Assembly: GCA_009693165.1 (NCBI GenBank)
Contig: SHXX01000005.1
Coordinates: 1,022-65,021 of the forward strand
DNA length: 64,000 nt
Direction of reading: 5' to 3'
Source of the DNA: Chloroflexota bacterium
Lineage (GTDB): Bacteria; Chloroflexota; UBA11872; UBA12225
The notes beneath the pieces are model-generated. The model was not told where the DNA came from. It was given only the letters and a program-made list of their open reading frames with translations, and did not search any database. Below are positions 21,732 to 31,491 of this stretch, piece by piece; position 1 is the stretch's first letter, and each line of letters begins with the position of its first letter. Made by a program: the position numbers and the translations under genes.

Positions 21732-23240
21732 ATGCGGTTACTGATTGGTGGTGGCCACTTGAGGCACTGGGTGTTGCACGTAACGCGCGTGCTGCTCCTG
21801 GTGGGCATTGCCTTGCACATACCCCACCCCATCGCCCCCGATCTATCTGCGCTTCGCTTTTTGCCACTGGCCCAAGCGTCCGAGGTTGTTCCGGATGTAC
21901 CTGCCACCGGACCTTATCAGGAAGCGCAACCTGGTCTGGAAGTTGTCCGCGCGGCGTTCGATCTCTTAAGAGCGAGGTACGTCCAGCCAATTGAAGCGGG
22001 ATCCCTGATCGCCGCAGCGCGTGGCCCGGACCGGTCCAGGGGGGAAGGCGGTACGGCCCGCGGACCGGACGCATCGCTGGCTACGGCTACCGTTGACGCA
22101 CTCTGGGAATCGTTTGCATCGGGGTACCCGGCCTCGGTGCTTGCGGTTCCGGACGGTGGCAATCCCGCGCACGTTGCAGTTCGCCGTATGACTCAGAGCC
22201 TGGACGACTGCCATACCTCGTTCAGCTCCAATTACGAGCGGGACTCGTCCGCGCTGCTGCGGTCAGATCCGTATGGTGGCATCGGGGTCGTCATACGGTC
22301 CCAGGAGGCATTCGTGCCCCAACCTCCAGGACCAGTGGTGACGCAAATCTTTGCCAATGGTCCAGCGTCGAAGTCGGGGCTACACATTGGTGATGCGATC
22401 CTGGCAGTCGATGGCGTCACAGTGAGCGCGGTTGGCGGGTCGCTCACCGAGCGCGTCCGGGGGACCCCGGGCACACCGGTGAACCTCAGGATTGACCGCC
22501 CGGGGGCAAGATTCCCACTTGACATCACGGTAGTCCGGGGTGAGGTGGTTGCACCCCTCGTGGATGCGAGGATCATTCCAACCGATGGCATCGGCCCGGT
22601 CGGGATAGTTCGGCTGCAGACCTTTGCCCAACCGGCGTTTGGTCCGTTTGCCGATGCAATCAACCGCATGAGGGACCAGGGGGTCCGCGCGTGGATCGTG
22701 GACCTTCGAGAAAATGGCGGCGGTGACGTCGGCATCTTTGAACGGATCGCCTCACTGTTCATTTCCGAAGGCCCGCTTGCCCGCACGGTTTCTCGGGAAG
22801 GAACGCCGCGGACCATCCGCGCCTCATCGGCCTGGCAGGCAAGCGAGGGCGGTCAAGCATCGACCCGTCTTGTCGATGGAATCCCGGTTGCGGTCCTGGT
22901 GGGGCGGAATACGGCATCGGCCGCCGAACTGCTGGCTGGTGATCTTGAGGACTACCGGATTGGGCGCCTGTTCGGGGAAACGACGGCCGGGTGCTTTGGC
23001 ACGAGCCGGATTTACCGCCTGCCCGACGGGTCGGGTGTTTGGATCACGGTTAGCACGTTGCAGACCGGGATCGGACATCGGGATGTGCATCGGGTTGGTC
23101 TTGAACCGGCTGTGACCGTTTTGCGGACACGTAACGACATGGCTTCGGGGCAGGATCCGGTTGTCGATCGGGCGGTCGAATGGCTTCGCACTCGGGTGGC
23201 CGCGTCTGTCACGACAATCAACGGTTTTCAAGCAAGGTAA
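21732..23240 (+). CDS. S41 family C-terminal processing peptidase with PDZ domain
   Basis: N-terminal TM segment (VLLLVGIALHI), a PDZ stretch (GLHIGDAILAVDGVTV), and S41 core DLRENGGGDV ... NTASAAELLAGDL. Confidence 0.85.
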   Translation: MRLLIGGGHLRHWVLHVTRVLLLVGIALHIPHPIAPDLSALRFLPLAQASEVVPDVPATGPYQEAQPGLEVVRAAFDLLRARYVQPIEAGSLIAAARGPDRSRGEGGTARGPDASLATATVDALWESFASGYPASVLAVPDGGNPAHVAVRRMTQSLDDCHTSFSSNYERDSSALLRSDPYGGIGVVIRSQEAFVPQPPGPVVTQIFANGPASKSGLHIGDAILAVDGVTVSAVGGSLTERVRGTPGTPVNLRIDRPGARFPLDITVVRGEVVAPLVDARIIPTDGIGPVGIVRLQTFAQPAFGPFADAINRMRDQGVRAWIVDLRENGGGDVGIFERIASLFISEGPLARTVSREGTPRTIRASSAWQASEGGQASTRLVDGIPVAVLVGRNTASAAELLAGDLEDYRIGRLFGETTAGCFGTSRIYRLPDGSGVWITVSTLQTGIGHRDVHRVGLEPAVTVLRTRNDMASGQDPVVDRAVEWLRTRVAASVTTINGFQAR

Positions 23241-23447
23241 CGCAAAGACGCTGGAATCGCGGTCAGAAAGCCGTTTTTATGGTGTATGCACGGTGTATCT
23301 GCAATTCGGTGGCATTCCGGTTGCAGATATGGTAAGTTTCGCCCGGCCGCAAGCATGAAAGTCGATGCTTTCCCGGTTCCGACAGGCGGGCGTACGGATG
23401 CGCATTCCCTGACCGGCAACTTGGGTTTCGGCTGGGGGTTTTTAGGC

Positions 23448-23876
23448 GTGAGTTTCCAGGACAAGACCTTGACGTGCGTCAGTTGCGGGGCGCCGTTCGC
23501 ATTCACCGCAGGCGAGCAGGAGTTCTACGCAGAGCGACAGTTCGCACACGAACCGAAGCGATGCTCGGCGTGCCGTCAGCAGCGTGCAGGTACGCGTGGC
23601 GGTGGTGGAGGCGGTGACCGGGCATGGAGCGGCAACGGTGGCGGTGGCGCAGGCCGTGCCCCCCGAAGCGGCGGATCCTACGGCGGTGGCAGCTCCTACG
23701 GTGATAACGGCGGTGGCGGATCCTACGGCGGTGGCTCCGGTGCGCGTCAGATGCACATAGCCACTTGCAGCTCCTGTGGAAACGAGGCGCGTCTGCCATT
23801 CGTGCCACGCGGTGACCGTCCCGTGTATTGCAGCGACTGCTTCGGCCGTCAACGTGACGGCGGGTCCTCCTGGTAA
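23448..23876 (+). CDS. Double zinc-ribbon protein with a Gly/Ser/Tyr-rich linker
   Basis: The N-terminal ribbon is CVSCGAPFAFTAGEQEFYAERQFAHEPKRCSACR. The C-terminal CSSC-x17-CSDC is a CxxC-x17-CxxC pattern. Start set at GTG 23448 behind GGGGG; ATG 23355 is an alternative. Confidence 0.65.
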   Translation: MSFQDKTLTCVSCGAPFAFTAGEQEFYAERQFAHEPKRCSACRQQRAGTRGGGGGGDRAWSGNGGGGAGRAPRSGGSYGGGSSYGDNGGGGSYGGGSGARQMHIATCSSCGNEARLPFVPRGDRPVYCSDCFGRQRDGGSSW

Positions 23877-24055
23877 CTCCAAGGCCTGTTCGCTCAAATG
23901 TGGAACAGTGGGCGTCGGCCTCGTCCGGCGCTCACGTACACTCCCCCCGAGACCGCAGTGCGCCTCCGGCGACACGCTGGTTTCCGTCCGGTCCCCGCGC
24001 GTGGGGTGAGGGCGTAATTTCCAGAATCGTGCGCGCGTAAGGAGGTGATGTCGGT

Positions 24056-24304
24056 ATGTTCGTGTCTCTCCGTGATGGCGAATCACAGGAAGGCCTGCTC
24101 AAGCGCTTTCAACGAAGCATCCAGAACTCGGGACTGCTGCGCGAAGTGAAGGCCAAGCGCTTCTTTGTTTCGCCCGGCGAAAAGGGACGGATCGCGGCCC
24201 GCAAGTCTGCGGCCCGGTATCGTCGCAAGGCGCGCAAGGAGGCTGGCCTCGAAGCAGGTACCGCCCCTCGCAAGAAGTTGCCCGTGAAGCGCCCGCCGGC
24301 GTAA
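24056..24304 (+). CDS. rpsU: 30S ribosomal protein S21
   Basis: MFVSLRDGESQEGLLKRFQRSIQNSGLLREVKAKRFFVSPGEKGR..., with a strong AAGGAGGTGAT Shine-Dalgarno. Confidence 0.9.
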   Translation: MFVSLRDGESQEGLLKRFQRSIQNSGLLREVKAKRFFVSPGEKGRIAARKSAARYRRKARKEAGLEAGTAPRKKLPVKRPPA

Positions 24305-24368
24305 CTGTTTCCCCACCGGTGTTGGAACCGCTGCTCTTGCTTGTTCCTTGGAACCGGGAACATTCAAA

Positions 24369-24408
24369 GGGGGTCATGCACCGAAGTGGTGCATGACCCC
24401 CTTTTCTT
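24369..24408. terminator. Bidirectional intrinsic terminator between rpsU and the aldolase gene
   Basis: GGGGGTCATGCACC-GAAG-TGGTGCATGACCCCC, followed by TTTTCTTG on the plus strand and TTTGAATG on the minus strand. Confidence 0.8.
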
Positions 24409-24419
24409 GTCCGCGCGGG

Positions 24420-25232
24420 TCAGTGGTGCGCGGAGAGGTGCTTGATCGCCTGATCGACGGTTGCGCCACCGTGAATGATTTCGGCGAGAGCGTGACACAT
24501 GCGCGCCGGGTCTTCGGCGCAGACGATATTGCGACCGAAGACGATGCCACTCGCTCCGGCCTGCATGGCGTCGAAGCACAACTGGAGGGCGTCGCGTGGG
24601 TCTGGCTTGGATGGGCCTCCCAGGCAGAGAAGCGGAATGGACAGCGGGCCCAAAACCTGTGTCGCGTAGGCTTCGACCGGACCTGCGTAGTGGACTTTCA
24701 GGAAGTCACACCCGATCTCGGCGGCAATCCGTGATGCCTGGGCGATGTTTGCCAAGGTGTGTGCCGATGTGTCCAGGAAACTCACCGGGATCGGTTCGCC
24801 GAGGAGGGGCATGCCCCACGTGTCGCATCGTGCGGCCAGGCGTCGAAGGTCCGCGAGTTTAGTGTCGTCCGGATTGCCCGGGAAGACCTTGAGTTCGACG
24901 GCGTCGGCACCGAAACGCAACGACGCTTCCACGCCGTAGTCGGAGGTGTCATCTTCGGCGTCCAGGCCGATGATGAGCCCACGGCCACGCAACTGGTCGG
25001 CGGTCGCCTTGGCCATTCCGGGTGTGGTGAGGATGGCGTCGGCCCCACCGGCGACGACGTTGCGAACCGCCTGGCGTGGGTTCTCGAGACCCTTCGCCGG
25101 TCCGTTCCGGGCGCCGTCCATGGCGACGATCAGCGCGCGGCCGTCATTGGCAAATACGTGCTGGAGGCGTCGCTTGGGGAAGTGCAGGTCGTGATTGGCG
25201 TCGTGCGCATGGCCCGACACGGTGCGTGTCAT
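24420..25232 (-). CDS. Class I aldolase, DhnA/FbaB family
   Basis: Trimmed to MTRTVSGHAHD behind AAGGAGAG. Has LIVAMDG, the Schiff-base lysine context CDFLKVHY, and GASGIVFGRNI. Confidence 0.8.
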   Translation of the reverse strand: MTRTVSGHAHDANHDLHFPKRRLQHVFANDGRALIVAMDGARNGPAKGLENPRQAVRNVVAGGADAILTTPGMAKATADQLRGRGLIIGLDAEDDTSDYGVEASLRFGADAVELKVFPGNPDDTKLADLRRLAARCDTWGMPLLGEPIPVSFLDTSAHTLANIAQASRIAAEIGCDFLKVHYAGPVEAYATQVLGPLSIPLLCLGGPSKPDPRDALQLCFDAMQAGASGIVFGRNIVCAEDPARMCHALAEIIHGGATVDQAIKHLSAHH

Positions 25233-25462
25233 CGGGAGGCTCTCCTTGGTCTGGACGGCAGTCGAGTGGTCGTTAGTGTCCGTCGTCGGCCGTGCTTTCA
25301 AGCGTATTGCGGTGCCATCAGCGGACCGCCGGTGAAAACGCGACGTGGGGTGATGCGCGGATCACCCGGACGGATGGGCATCGTACCACTGGTCTCGCGG
25401 GGTACCCATTGGTGCCGGAAACGGAAAAGCGATGGCGTTGTGCGGAATTGCTCGTTTGGGGG

Positions 25463-25491
25463 TTGACGGACGGGCGCGGTGGGTGTAGTGT
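25463..25491 (+). promoter_or_regulatory. Candidate sigma-70-type promoter (TTGACG-17-TAGTGT)
   Basis: TTGACG at 25463-25468, a 17-nt spacer, and TAGTGT at 25486-25491, about 250 nt upstream of the sigma-factor start. Confidence 0.4.
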
Positions 25492-25744
25492 GCGGAGAGC
25501 ACGGCTGCTGCGGAGATGTGTAGACAGGTGGACGGGGACACTCGGCAACCTTGAATCTTCCGGATGCCAGAGGGGCCGGTTCGAACCGGTCGCCAAACTC
25601 CTGGATGGTCAGCAGGAGTAGTACTCATGCCCGGTTGACACGGGTGGCGTGTCACCGGCGCAGCGTTGCGGATGGGTCCTAGTCGTTCCGTGTTTGCGGC
25701 GTTTCGGCCGCCACGATGTATTTCATGAATGAGGATTGTGCGGA

Positions 25745-26812
25745 TTGAACGCTGACTTTGACATTGTGCGCATCGTTGACAGTGACGAGGAATATACCTC
25801 GCTTGTTCCCTTGGTTACCGAGAATGATGCTTGGGAATATGGGGCGGAATTGCCTGAAATCGAGGTCACGCCGGAGCAGCTCGACTCCGCTGAAGCGCTC
25901 TACATGCGGGACATCCGGCGGTACAACCTGCTTACTGCTCAGGAAGAAGTGGAACTCGCCGAGAAGCGCGAAGACGGCGAATACGCGAGTGAGCGCTTGA
26001 AGGGCGTCAAGCATGGCGACCCTGAGCGTGTAAGCCTTGAGCGTCGATCCCGCGAGGGTGCCAGCGCGCGCCGTCGGCTCATCGAATGCAATCTGCGTCT
26101 TGTCGTTTCGGTTGCGCGCAAGTACGCCGGCCGCGGAATGCCGCTCTTGGACCTTGTTCAGGAAGGCAATATTGGCCTCGACCGTGCAGTCACGAAGTAC
26201 GATCCGCGCACGGGCTACCGGTTCTCGACCTACGCCTACTGGTGGATCCGTCAGGCGGTGAGCCGCGCACTTGCGGATCAGGGTCGGGTGATCCGGTTGC
26301 CGGTCCACGTGGTTGAGCGGCTAACGGCGATTGCGCGTGTTTCGCGTGAGCTTGAGCAGTCTCTGGGACGACGCCCGAATCCAATTGAAGTTGCGGAGAA
26401 GCTCGGCATCCCCGTTGTGCAGGTTGAGGAGGCATTGCGTGCCTCGCGGGCAACGCTCTCACTTGAGAAGCCGTTGGGCATCGACGGTGACAGCGATGAC
26501 CTGACCCTTGGCGATGCGTTGGCTGATGACTTGAGCCTGGCGCCGGATGCGCTTGCGTCGCGCAAGCTGCTTGTTGATGAACTCGAGCGGGTGCTGCAGT
26601 CACTGACACCACGGGAGCAGACCGTGTTGAAGTTGCGTTTCGGTCTTGGTAAGGGCGAGGCGGACAAGGAGACTGGGCCGGCGTACACCTTGGCCGAGAT
26701 TGGTGACGAACTGAACATGAGCCGGGAGCGGGTCCGTCAGATTGAGGCAGAGGCGCTTGCCAAGCTTCGGTTGTCTCCGGAGTTGCGCAAACTCCAGTCG
26801 TTCCTCGAGTAG
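25745..26812 (+). CDS. RNA polymerase sigma factor, RpoD/SigA family
   Basis: Has YAYWWIRQAVSRALADQGRVIRLPVHVVE (regions 2.4/3.0) and TLAEIGDELNMSRERVRQIEAEAL (region 4.2). Start set at TTG 25745, 9 nt after GAGGA; the track start is 25736. Confidence 0.9.
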   Translation: MNADFDIVRIVDSDEEYTSLVPLVTENDAWEYGAELPEIEVTPEQLDSAEALYMRDIRRYNLLTAQEEVELAEKREDGEYASERLKGVKHGDPERVSLERRSREGASARRRLIECNLRLVVSVARKYAGRGMPLLDLVQEGNIGLDRAVTKYDPRTGYRFSTYAYWWIRQAVSRALADQGRVIRLPVHVVERLTAIARVSRELEQSLGRRPNPIEVAEKLGIPVVQVEEALRASRATLSLEKPLGIDGDSDDLTLGDALADDLSLAPDALASRKLLVDELERVLQSLTPREQTVLKLRFGLGKGEADKETGPAYTLAEIGDELNMSRERVRQIEAEALAKLRLSPELRKLQSFLE

Positions 26813-26839
26813 CTGCGTCGAACCCAATCGGATTAGTGT

Positions 26840-26871
26840 AAATGGCCCCCCTCGAAAGAGGGGGGCCATTT
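26840..26871. terminator. Bidirectional intrinsic terminator between the sigma-factor and glycoside hydrolase genes
   Basis: AAATGGCCCCCCTC-GAAA-GAGGGGGGCCATTT, a 14-bp stem flanked by an A-tract and a T-tract. Confidence 0.8.
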
Positions 26872-26899
26872 GACGTTTCAGCGATCTTGTGGTGGGATC

Positions 26900-28177
26900 T
26901 TACGGGATCTTGGGTAGCGCCTTGAGGGCGGTGTACGCCGGCCGTGGTGAATAGTCCTTGCGGACGATGCCGAACGGCCACTTTTCGTCAGTGTCCGGAA
27001 CGATGATCTGGAAGTTGAGGTTCCAGACAAACAGTCCGCCGACCCAGCCATAACCACGGCCAATGTCTATGGCTCGGGTGAGGTACCTTGCCTGGTCGGC
27101 CTCGGAGACATCGACGCCGTATTCGTATCCTTTCGCCTTGTTCAAGGTGCTCCACCCGAACTCGGTGATCCACATCATCTTTTCCGACTCGCCGCGCAAG
27201 ATCATGATCTCGCGAAGTCCCTCGATGCGGCGGAAGTAGAAACTAGGGTGGCCCTTGAAGTTGGTGGACGGAACAGACTTCTTGGTCGGAGTATCGTCCG
27301 GTGGGTTGTTGAACCCCCCTGCGTGCGCGCCGACCGCATCGCAAACGGTCTTGATCAGGCCATTCTTGTAGTCGTACATCTGCTGGATGTAGACGAAATC
27401 GTCAATGGCGATGTTCGGGTCGTTGAAGCCGGTCGGGGTCAATGCGCCGGAAATCACAACCACGTTGGGGTCGACGGCTTTGAGGGCCGCGTACGCAATT
27501 GCCAGGAGCTCGACGTACTTGCCGGCATCAATCTTGCCGCCACCCCACTCGCGGCTGAAATTCTGTTCGTTCCACGCCTCGTAGGCGTGGACCTTGCCAA
27601 GGTAGCGGGTCGCAAGCTTGGTGAGGAAGACGCCGAACTGGGCGTAGTCGTCCGGTGGGCCATCGACCTTGCCGTCCGAGCGTGACCACCCTGGCGCAGT
27701 CACGACGCTGAACAGGATCTTGGCCCCTACCAAGCTGGCCCCGGCGACGATGAGGTCAAGCTGCGACCAATCCGGGGAGCCTCGTACTGGCTCAACGTCA
27801 CTCCAGCGGACTTGTTGCTTGACCCAGGCGAACCCAGCATCGGTCACCAAAGAGACGGTGCGTGGCACGTCCTGGTAGTAGAGATGGGCTTGCATCCCGT
27901 AGGCAAACGACGTGATCGGCTCGATCCCTGCAAATACAGGTGCCACGGGTTCGGGGCTAGGTGCTTCGGCGGGTGCGTCTGTGGCTGGCTCGGCACCGGG
28001 ATCCGGTTCTTCAATTGGTGGAGCCTCCTGAGCTGTGGCGAGGCCGGCTCCGGTCAACAGTGCGGTCGTTACGCCAAGCGTCTGGCCGAACAACGCGCGT
28101 CGGCGGGACCGCTGATTGCGTGTCAGAAGTTCGGGGGCTTCATTGGCGGGGTTCGTATCTGCGGGTAGCGGTGGCAA
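26900..28177 (-). CDS. Secreted glycoside hydrolase (GH5-like clan GH-A), Tat signal
   Basis: Has the acid/base context AYEAWNEQN and nucleophile context MWITEFGW, with twin-arginine RNQRSRRRALFGQTLGVTTALLTGAGLATAQ. Start set at TTG 28177, 6 nt after GGGAGGAA; the track ORF extends to 28285. Confidence 0.8.
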   Translation of the reverse strand: MPPLPADTNPANEAPELLTRNQRSRRRALFGQTLGVTTALLTGAGLATAQEAPPIEEPDPGAEPATDAPAEAPSPEPVAPVFAGIEPITSFAYGMQAHLYYQDVPRTVSLVTDAGFAWVKQQVRWSDVEPVRGSPDWSQLDLIVAGASLVGAKILFSVVTAPGWSRSDGKVDGPPDDYAQFGVFLTKLATRYLGKVHAYEAWNEQNFSREWGGGKIDAGKYVELLAIAYAALKAVDPNVVVISGALTPTGFNDPNIAIDDFVYIQQMYDYKNGLIKTVCDAVGAHAGGFNNPPDDTPTKKSVPSTNFKGHPSFYFRRIEGLREIMILRGESEKMMWITEFGWSTLNKAKGYEYGVDVSEADQARYLTRAIDIGRGYGWVGGLFVWNLNFQIIVPDTDEKWPFGIVRKDYSPRPAYTALKALPKIP

Positions 28178-28304
28178 CCGGTGTTCCTCCCTGCGTGCGG
28201 TCTGCGGTGAACTGCAGATCCCTCCGTGGCGGAAACGGTTAACGCGCATGGCAGTCGCGCAAGTGCGCTTCTCATGGCGTGACACCGATTGAAAGGGTCC
28301 GCGT

Positions 28305-30330
28305 CTAGGCGGTCCGTCCAGGCACGGTCGTCAAGGGTTTCAGCGGCGGTAACAGGGGAACGACGCTTTCCGCGTCACCGTCATGTGACACCCGGAGGTG
28401 AATCAGGAATTCAGTGCCGTGATCTCGTTCGCTCGAGACGCTGATCGTGCCGCCATGTCTGGCAACCACTCCGTAAACCATCGCAAGGCCGATGCCCGTT
28501 CCCGGCGCACCTTTCGTGGTGAAATACGGCTCGAAACATCGTGGCGCGTCTCGTCTGACATGCCGATGCCGGTGTCGCGCACCGTGAGTCGCACGAACCG
28601 TGCTTGGCGCTCAGTCTCGATGGTGAGTGCGCCACCATTTGCCATGGCGTCGAATGCGTTCAGGATCAGGTTCATCAGCGCGCTGCCGAGTTCGGAAGCG
28701 TCACCGAGAACGAGGGGAACCGAACGGAGTGACGTCACTACCGACACCGAGGTTCCGCGTGCCTGCAACTCCTCGATATGGACCGAGGCGAGGGCTCGGC
28801 TATGGTCGATAACCGCATTGAGGTCCAGTGGCCGCAACTGGCGAGGCGATGCGACGCCCTTTGAAAAGTCATACAGGCGGTTGGCCAGGATTGAACCATC
28901 GTGTGCGGCATGACGGATGCGTGTCAGCAATGTGACCAGTCTGGCTTCGTCAGTTCGCGATGGAATGTGGCTGTAGAGGGTGTCGCAGTACCCGATGATG
29001 ATGCCAAGTGAATTGTTGAAGTCGTGTGAGATGCCGGATGCGAGTTGCCCGATGGCGTGAAGACGTTCGCGTTGCACGACCTGTTGATGGGGACTTCTCG
29101 ACTTCCGTCATTGCAGCCGACAGGCTTGCGAGCGCACCGTCTAGGCGTGTGTGCGCCAGTTCCCGTTCCCCTGTTCGTGAGTCGATTTCATACCGCATTC
29201 GCCTGAAAGCATCGATCAGGTCCCGAAGTTCCTGGTCAGCCTCTCCGACTTCAGGCAACTCCACCGTGGCGTCACCCGAACCGAACGCACGGCTCGCTTC
29301 GGCAAGGCGACCAAGCGGTCCGACCATGCGCGCGACCCGCCACGCGCCGATCAAAGTGGCGACCACGGCGCCGAAGGTTCCGGTCAGGATTGCGATCAGT
29401 GTCGAACGGTTTGCCGGCGCCATGATCGTCGTTTGCGGAACCGCAACGACTGCCGTCCATTGGGTCAGTTGGATCCGGGAGTACCCGGCTATGTACACCT
29501 GACCGTCACGGGAAAACGTGAGAGACCCGGAGGTTCCGACGCCACCGACCGGGGATGTGAGCCAGTCCGGGTGCGATTGACTAATCGAGGATGGGCCTGA
29601 TGTCACTAAACCCGGGTCGAGCACGATGTTTGATGCGTCATCAATGACGAAGTTGATCACTCCGTTGAACGGTGATGTGGAGGCAGGATGTTCGATGATG
29701 TCACCCAGGTCCTCAAGTTCGACGCCCATTCCCAAGACGCCAACGACTGGGTTTGGCTCGGATCCGCTGGCAGTAATCGGCGTCATCACATAGAAGCCAG
29801 TGCGTCCAGTCGTGAGTGACCGGGTTACCTGCCATGCGTGAATGCCCTGCGCGGCGCTGCCGAAACCATGGTATGCGGCGATATTGAATGATGGTGTGTC
29901 ATTCGAAGTTGCGACGCGGTTGCTTGAGAGTGAACGTGGCAAGCCGGGTGCTCGACCCGAGACGCGTGGCGAACTCACGCAGTGCCTGATCCTGACCGGA
30001 GCGAGCATCGTCCTCATAGGAACGGAGTGGACCAAGTCTTGCGGTCGCACGTGCGGTGGCGAGGAGCGACGTCAGGTGATGATCGATGAGGGTCGCAGTC
30101 GCAGTTCCCTCGGCAAGCACACCCAGTTCGGCCTCACGCTTCAATTCGGCCCGATAGTCGATCGAGACCGCCAAGCCGATTGTGCCGAGTGGGACAGCGA
30201 TGGCGACCGCGATGATCAGGACAATCCGGAAGCGCAAAGTAGATGTGGCCATGGAAATGCGCACACGTGCTGCTGTCAACACGCTGGCGATCGGTCCGGA
30301 CATGCGATGAAAACGGCTCATCACAAACAT
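28305..30330 (-). pseudogene. Sensor histidine kinase (TM, Cache-like, HAMP, HisKA, HATPase) disrupted by at least 3 frameshifts
   Basis: One kinase is spread over track ORFs 29899..30615, 28950..30050 and 28403..29077, plus an unlisted third frame. That frame reads [47 protein letters not shown] down to stop 28305-28307. The shifts are at about 29899-29960, at a G4 run (29087-29090) and at an A3 run (28534-28536). Confidence 0.75.
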
Positions 30331-30630
30331 GGAGTTTACCGGCGCCCAGTGATGACCGCAGCGACGCGCGCTCGTCTGGTTCGTTCGGTTGCCTCGCGTC
30401 GCCCGCTTGGTTGCAAACTGATTGCCACGTATCGTACTCGAATGTGGGATCCCAGGGTTCCCGGGACTGGATTCGGTTGCGTCCAACCTTGACGTTGAGC
30501 GATGTGGTTTGCAGTAACGGATCGGGCCCGGATGGTCGTCGGGTAGGCTAGCCACGGTTTGCCGGCGTTGCCACGACCGTTTCGCTCGCAAGCAAGCGGT
30601 CGCGCCTGACAGCATCCGAGGAGAATGGGC

Positions 30631-31350
30631 ATGGAGGTCGCTGGAAGGCCGGAACGCCTGACTGTCGTTGCGGCCATGGCCGACCCGCTATCGAGGCTCG
30701 GCATCGAGGCGATGCTCACAACCTCGGGCAAAGTCGTTTCGGTTACCAATGTGCTCGAACCGTCCGGGTTGGTTGAGGCGCTGGAAACGCAGGCACCATC
30801 AACCCTGGTGATTGACACCCGTTTCGGGCAGGTCAACGACAAACGTGGCCCCGTGACCCCCGCTGATGGACTGCAGCCCGTGTCCTGGGTGCGCGGGAGA
30901 TATCCGTGGTTGCCGGTCGTTGTCGTTGCCCGAGTGCCAACGGAACGGGAGCTGTTCGAGGCGATGAGGGTCGGGTGCGTCGCCTACCTCGACCGTTCAA
31001 CCGGAGAGGAAGCGATTGTCAATGCGGTCATCGACGCATCGACGTTCAGGTTCACGTTCTCCAGTGGGATAGTTGCGTGTCCGAGCATCGGCGTCGCAGT
31101 GCACAGGGTGACGCCCCCCCAGAGTGGTCACATCGCTCCTGAGGCACGAGCGGCAACGCTCACCACGCGTGAGTTGGATGTGCTTGGCCTCGTGTCGCGC
31201 GGTCGAAGCAACAAGCTGATCGCGATCGAGTTACAGGTGAGTGACCAGACGGTCAAGAACTACGTGACCGCAATCCTCCGGAAACTTAGGGTGACAGACC
31301 GGACACAGGCCGTCGTGCAGGCAATGCGCCTGGGTTGGATTGCGCTGTGA
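30631..31350 (+). CDS. LuxR/NarL-family response regulator with a degenerate receiver domain
   Basis: C-terminal HTH LTTRELDVLGLVSRGRSNKLIAIELQVSDQTVKNYVTAILRKL. The receiver lacks the acidic pair (VVAAMADPL versus IDDHP) and has Ala and Arg at the conserved Thr/Ser and Lys positions. Start is ATG 30631, 7 nt after GAGGAG. Confidence 0.85.
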   Translation: MEVAGRPERLTVVAAMADPLSRLGIEAMLTTSGKVVSVTNVLEPSGLVEALETQAPSTLVIDTRFGQVNDKRGPVTPADGLQPVSWVRGRYPWLPVVVVARVPTERELFEAMRVGCVAYLDRSTGEEAIVNAVIDASTFRFTFSSGIVACPSIGVAVHRVTPPQSGHIAPEARAATLTTRELDVLGLVSRGRSNKLIAIELQVSDQTVKNYVTAILRKLRVTDRTQAVVQAMRLGWIAL

Positions 31351-31491
31351 TGTGGCGCGCGAACTGCCGTGGCAAGTGTGCGTTGTGGCCGACGCTGTGC
31401 GGTGTCGCGTGCTAGCATCAAGCGCCGTGGAGGGACCCGTCAGGTTCCGCGGCGCCATGGGCCGAGAAACCGGCCTGGTTCCGGAGGTTGC

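Noticed and set aside
25575-25600. tRNA/tmRNA-like GGCCGGTTCGAACCGGTCGCCA segment in the gap upstream of the sigma-factor gene.
   Set aside because: The GGTTCGAACC is a simple palindrome. I could not build a 5-bp T-stem with a 7-nt loop, an acceptor stem or the other cloverleaf arms from the flanking sequence. It is treated only as a hairpin in the leader.
28534-29090. The possibility that the kinase frameshifts are merely homopolymer sequencing errors.
   Set aside because: This is not fully excluded, since two of the three sites are short homopolymers. However, no other gene in 64 kb shows such errors and the third site is not a homopolymer, so the pseudogene call is retained with that caveat.
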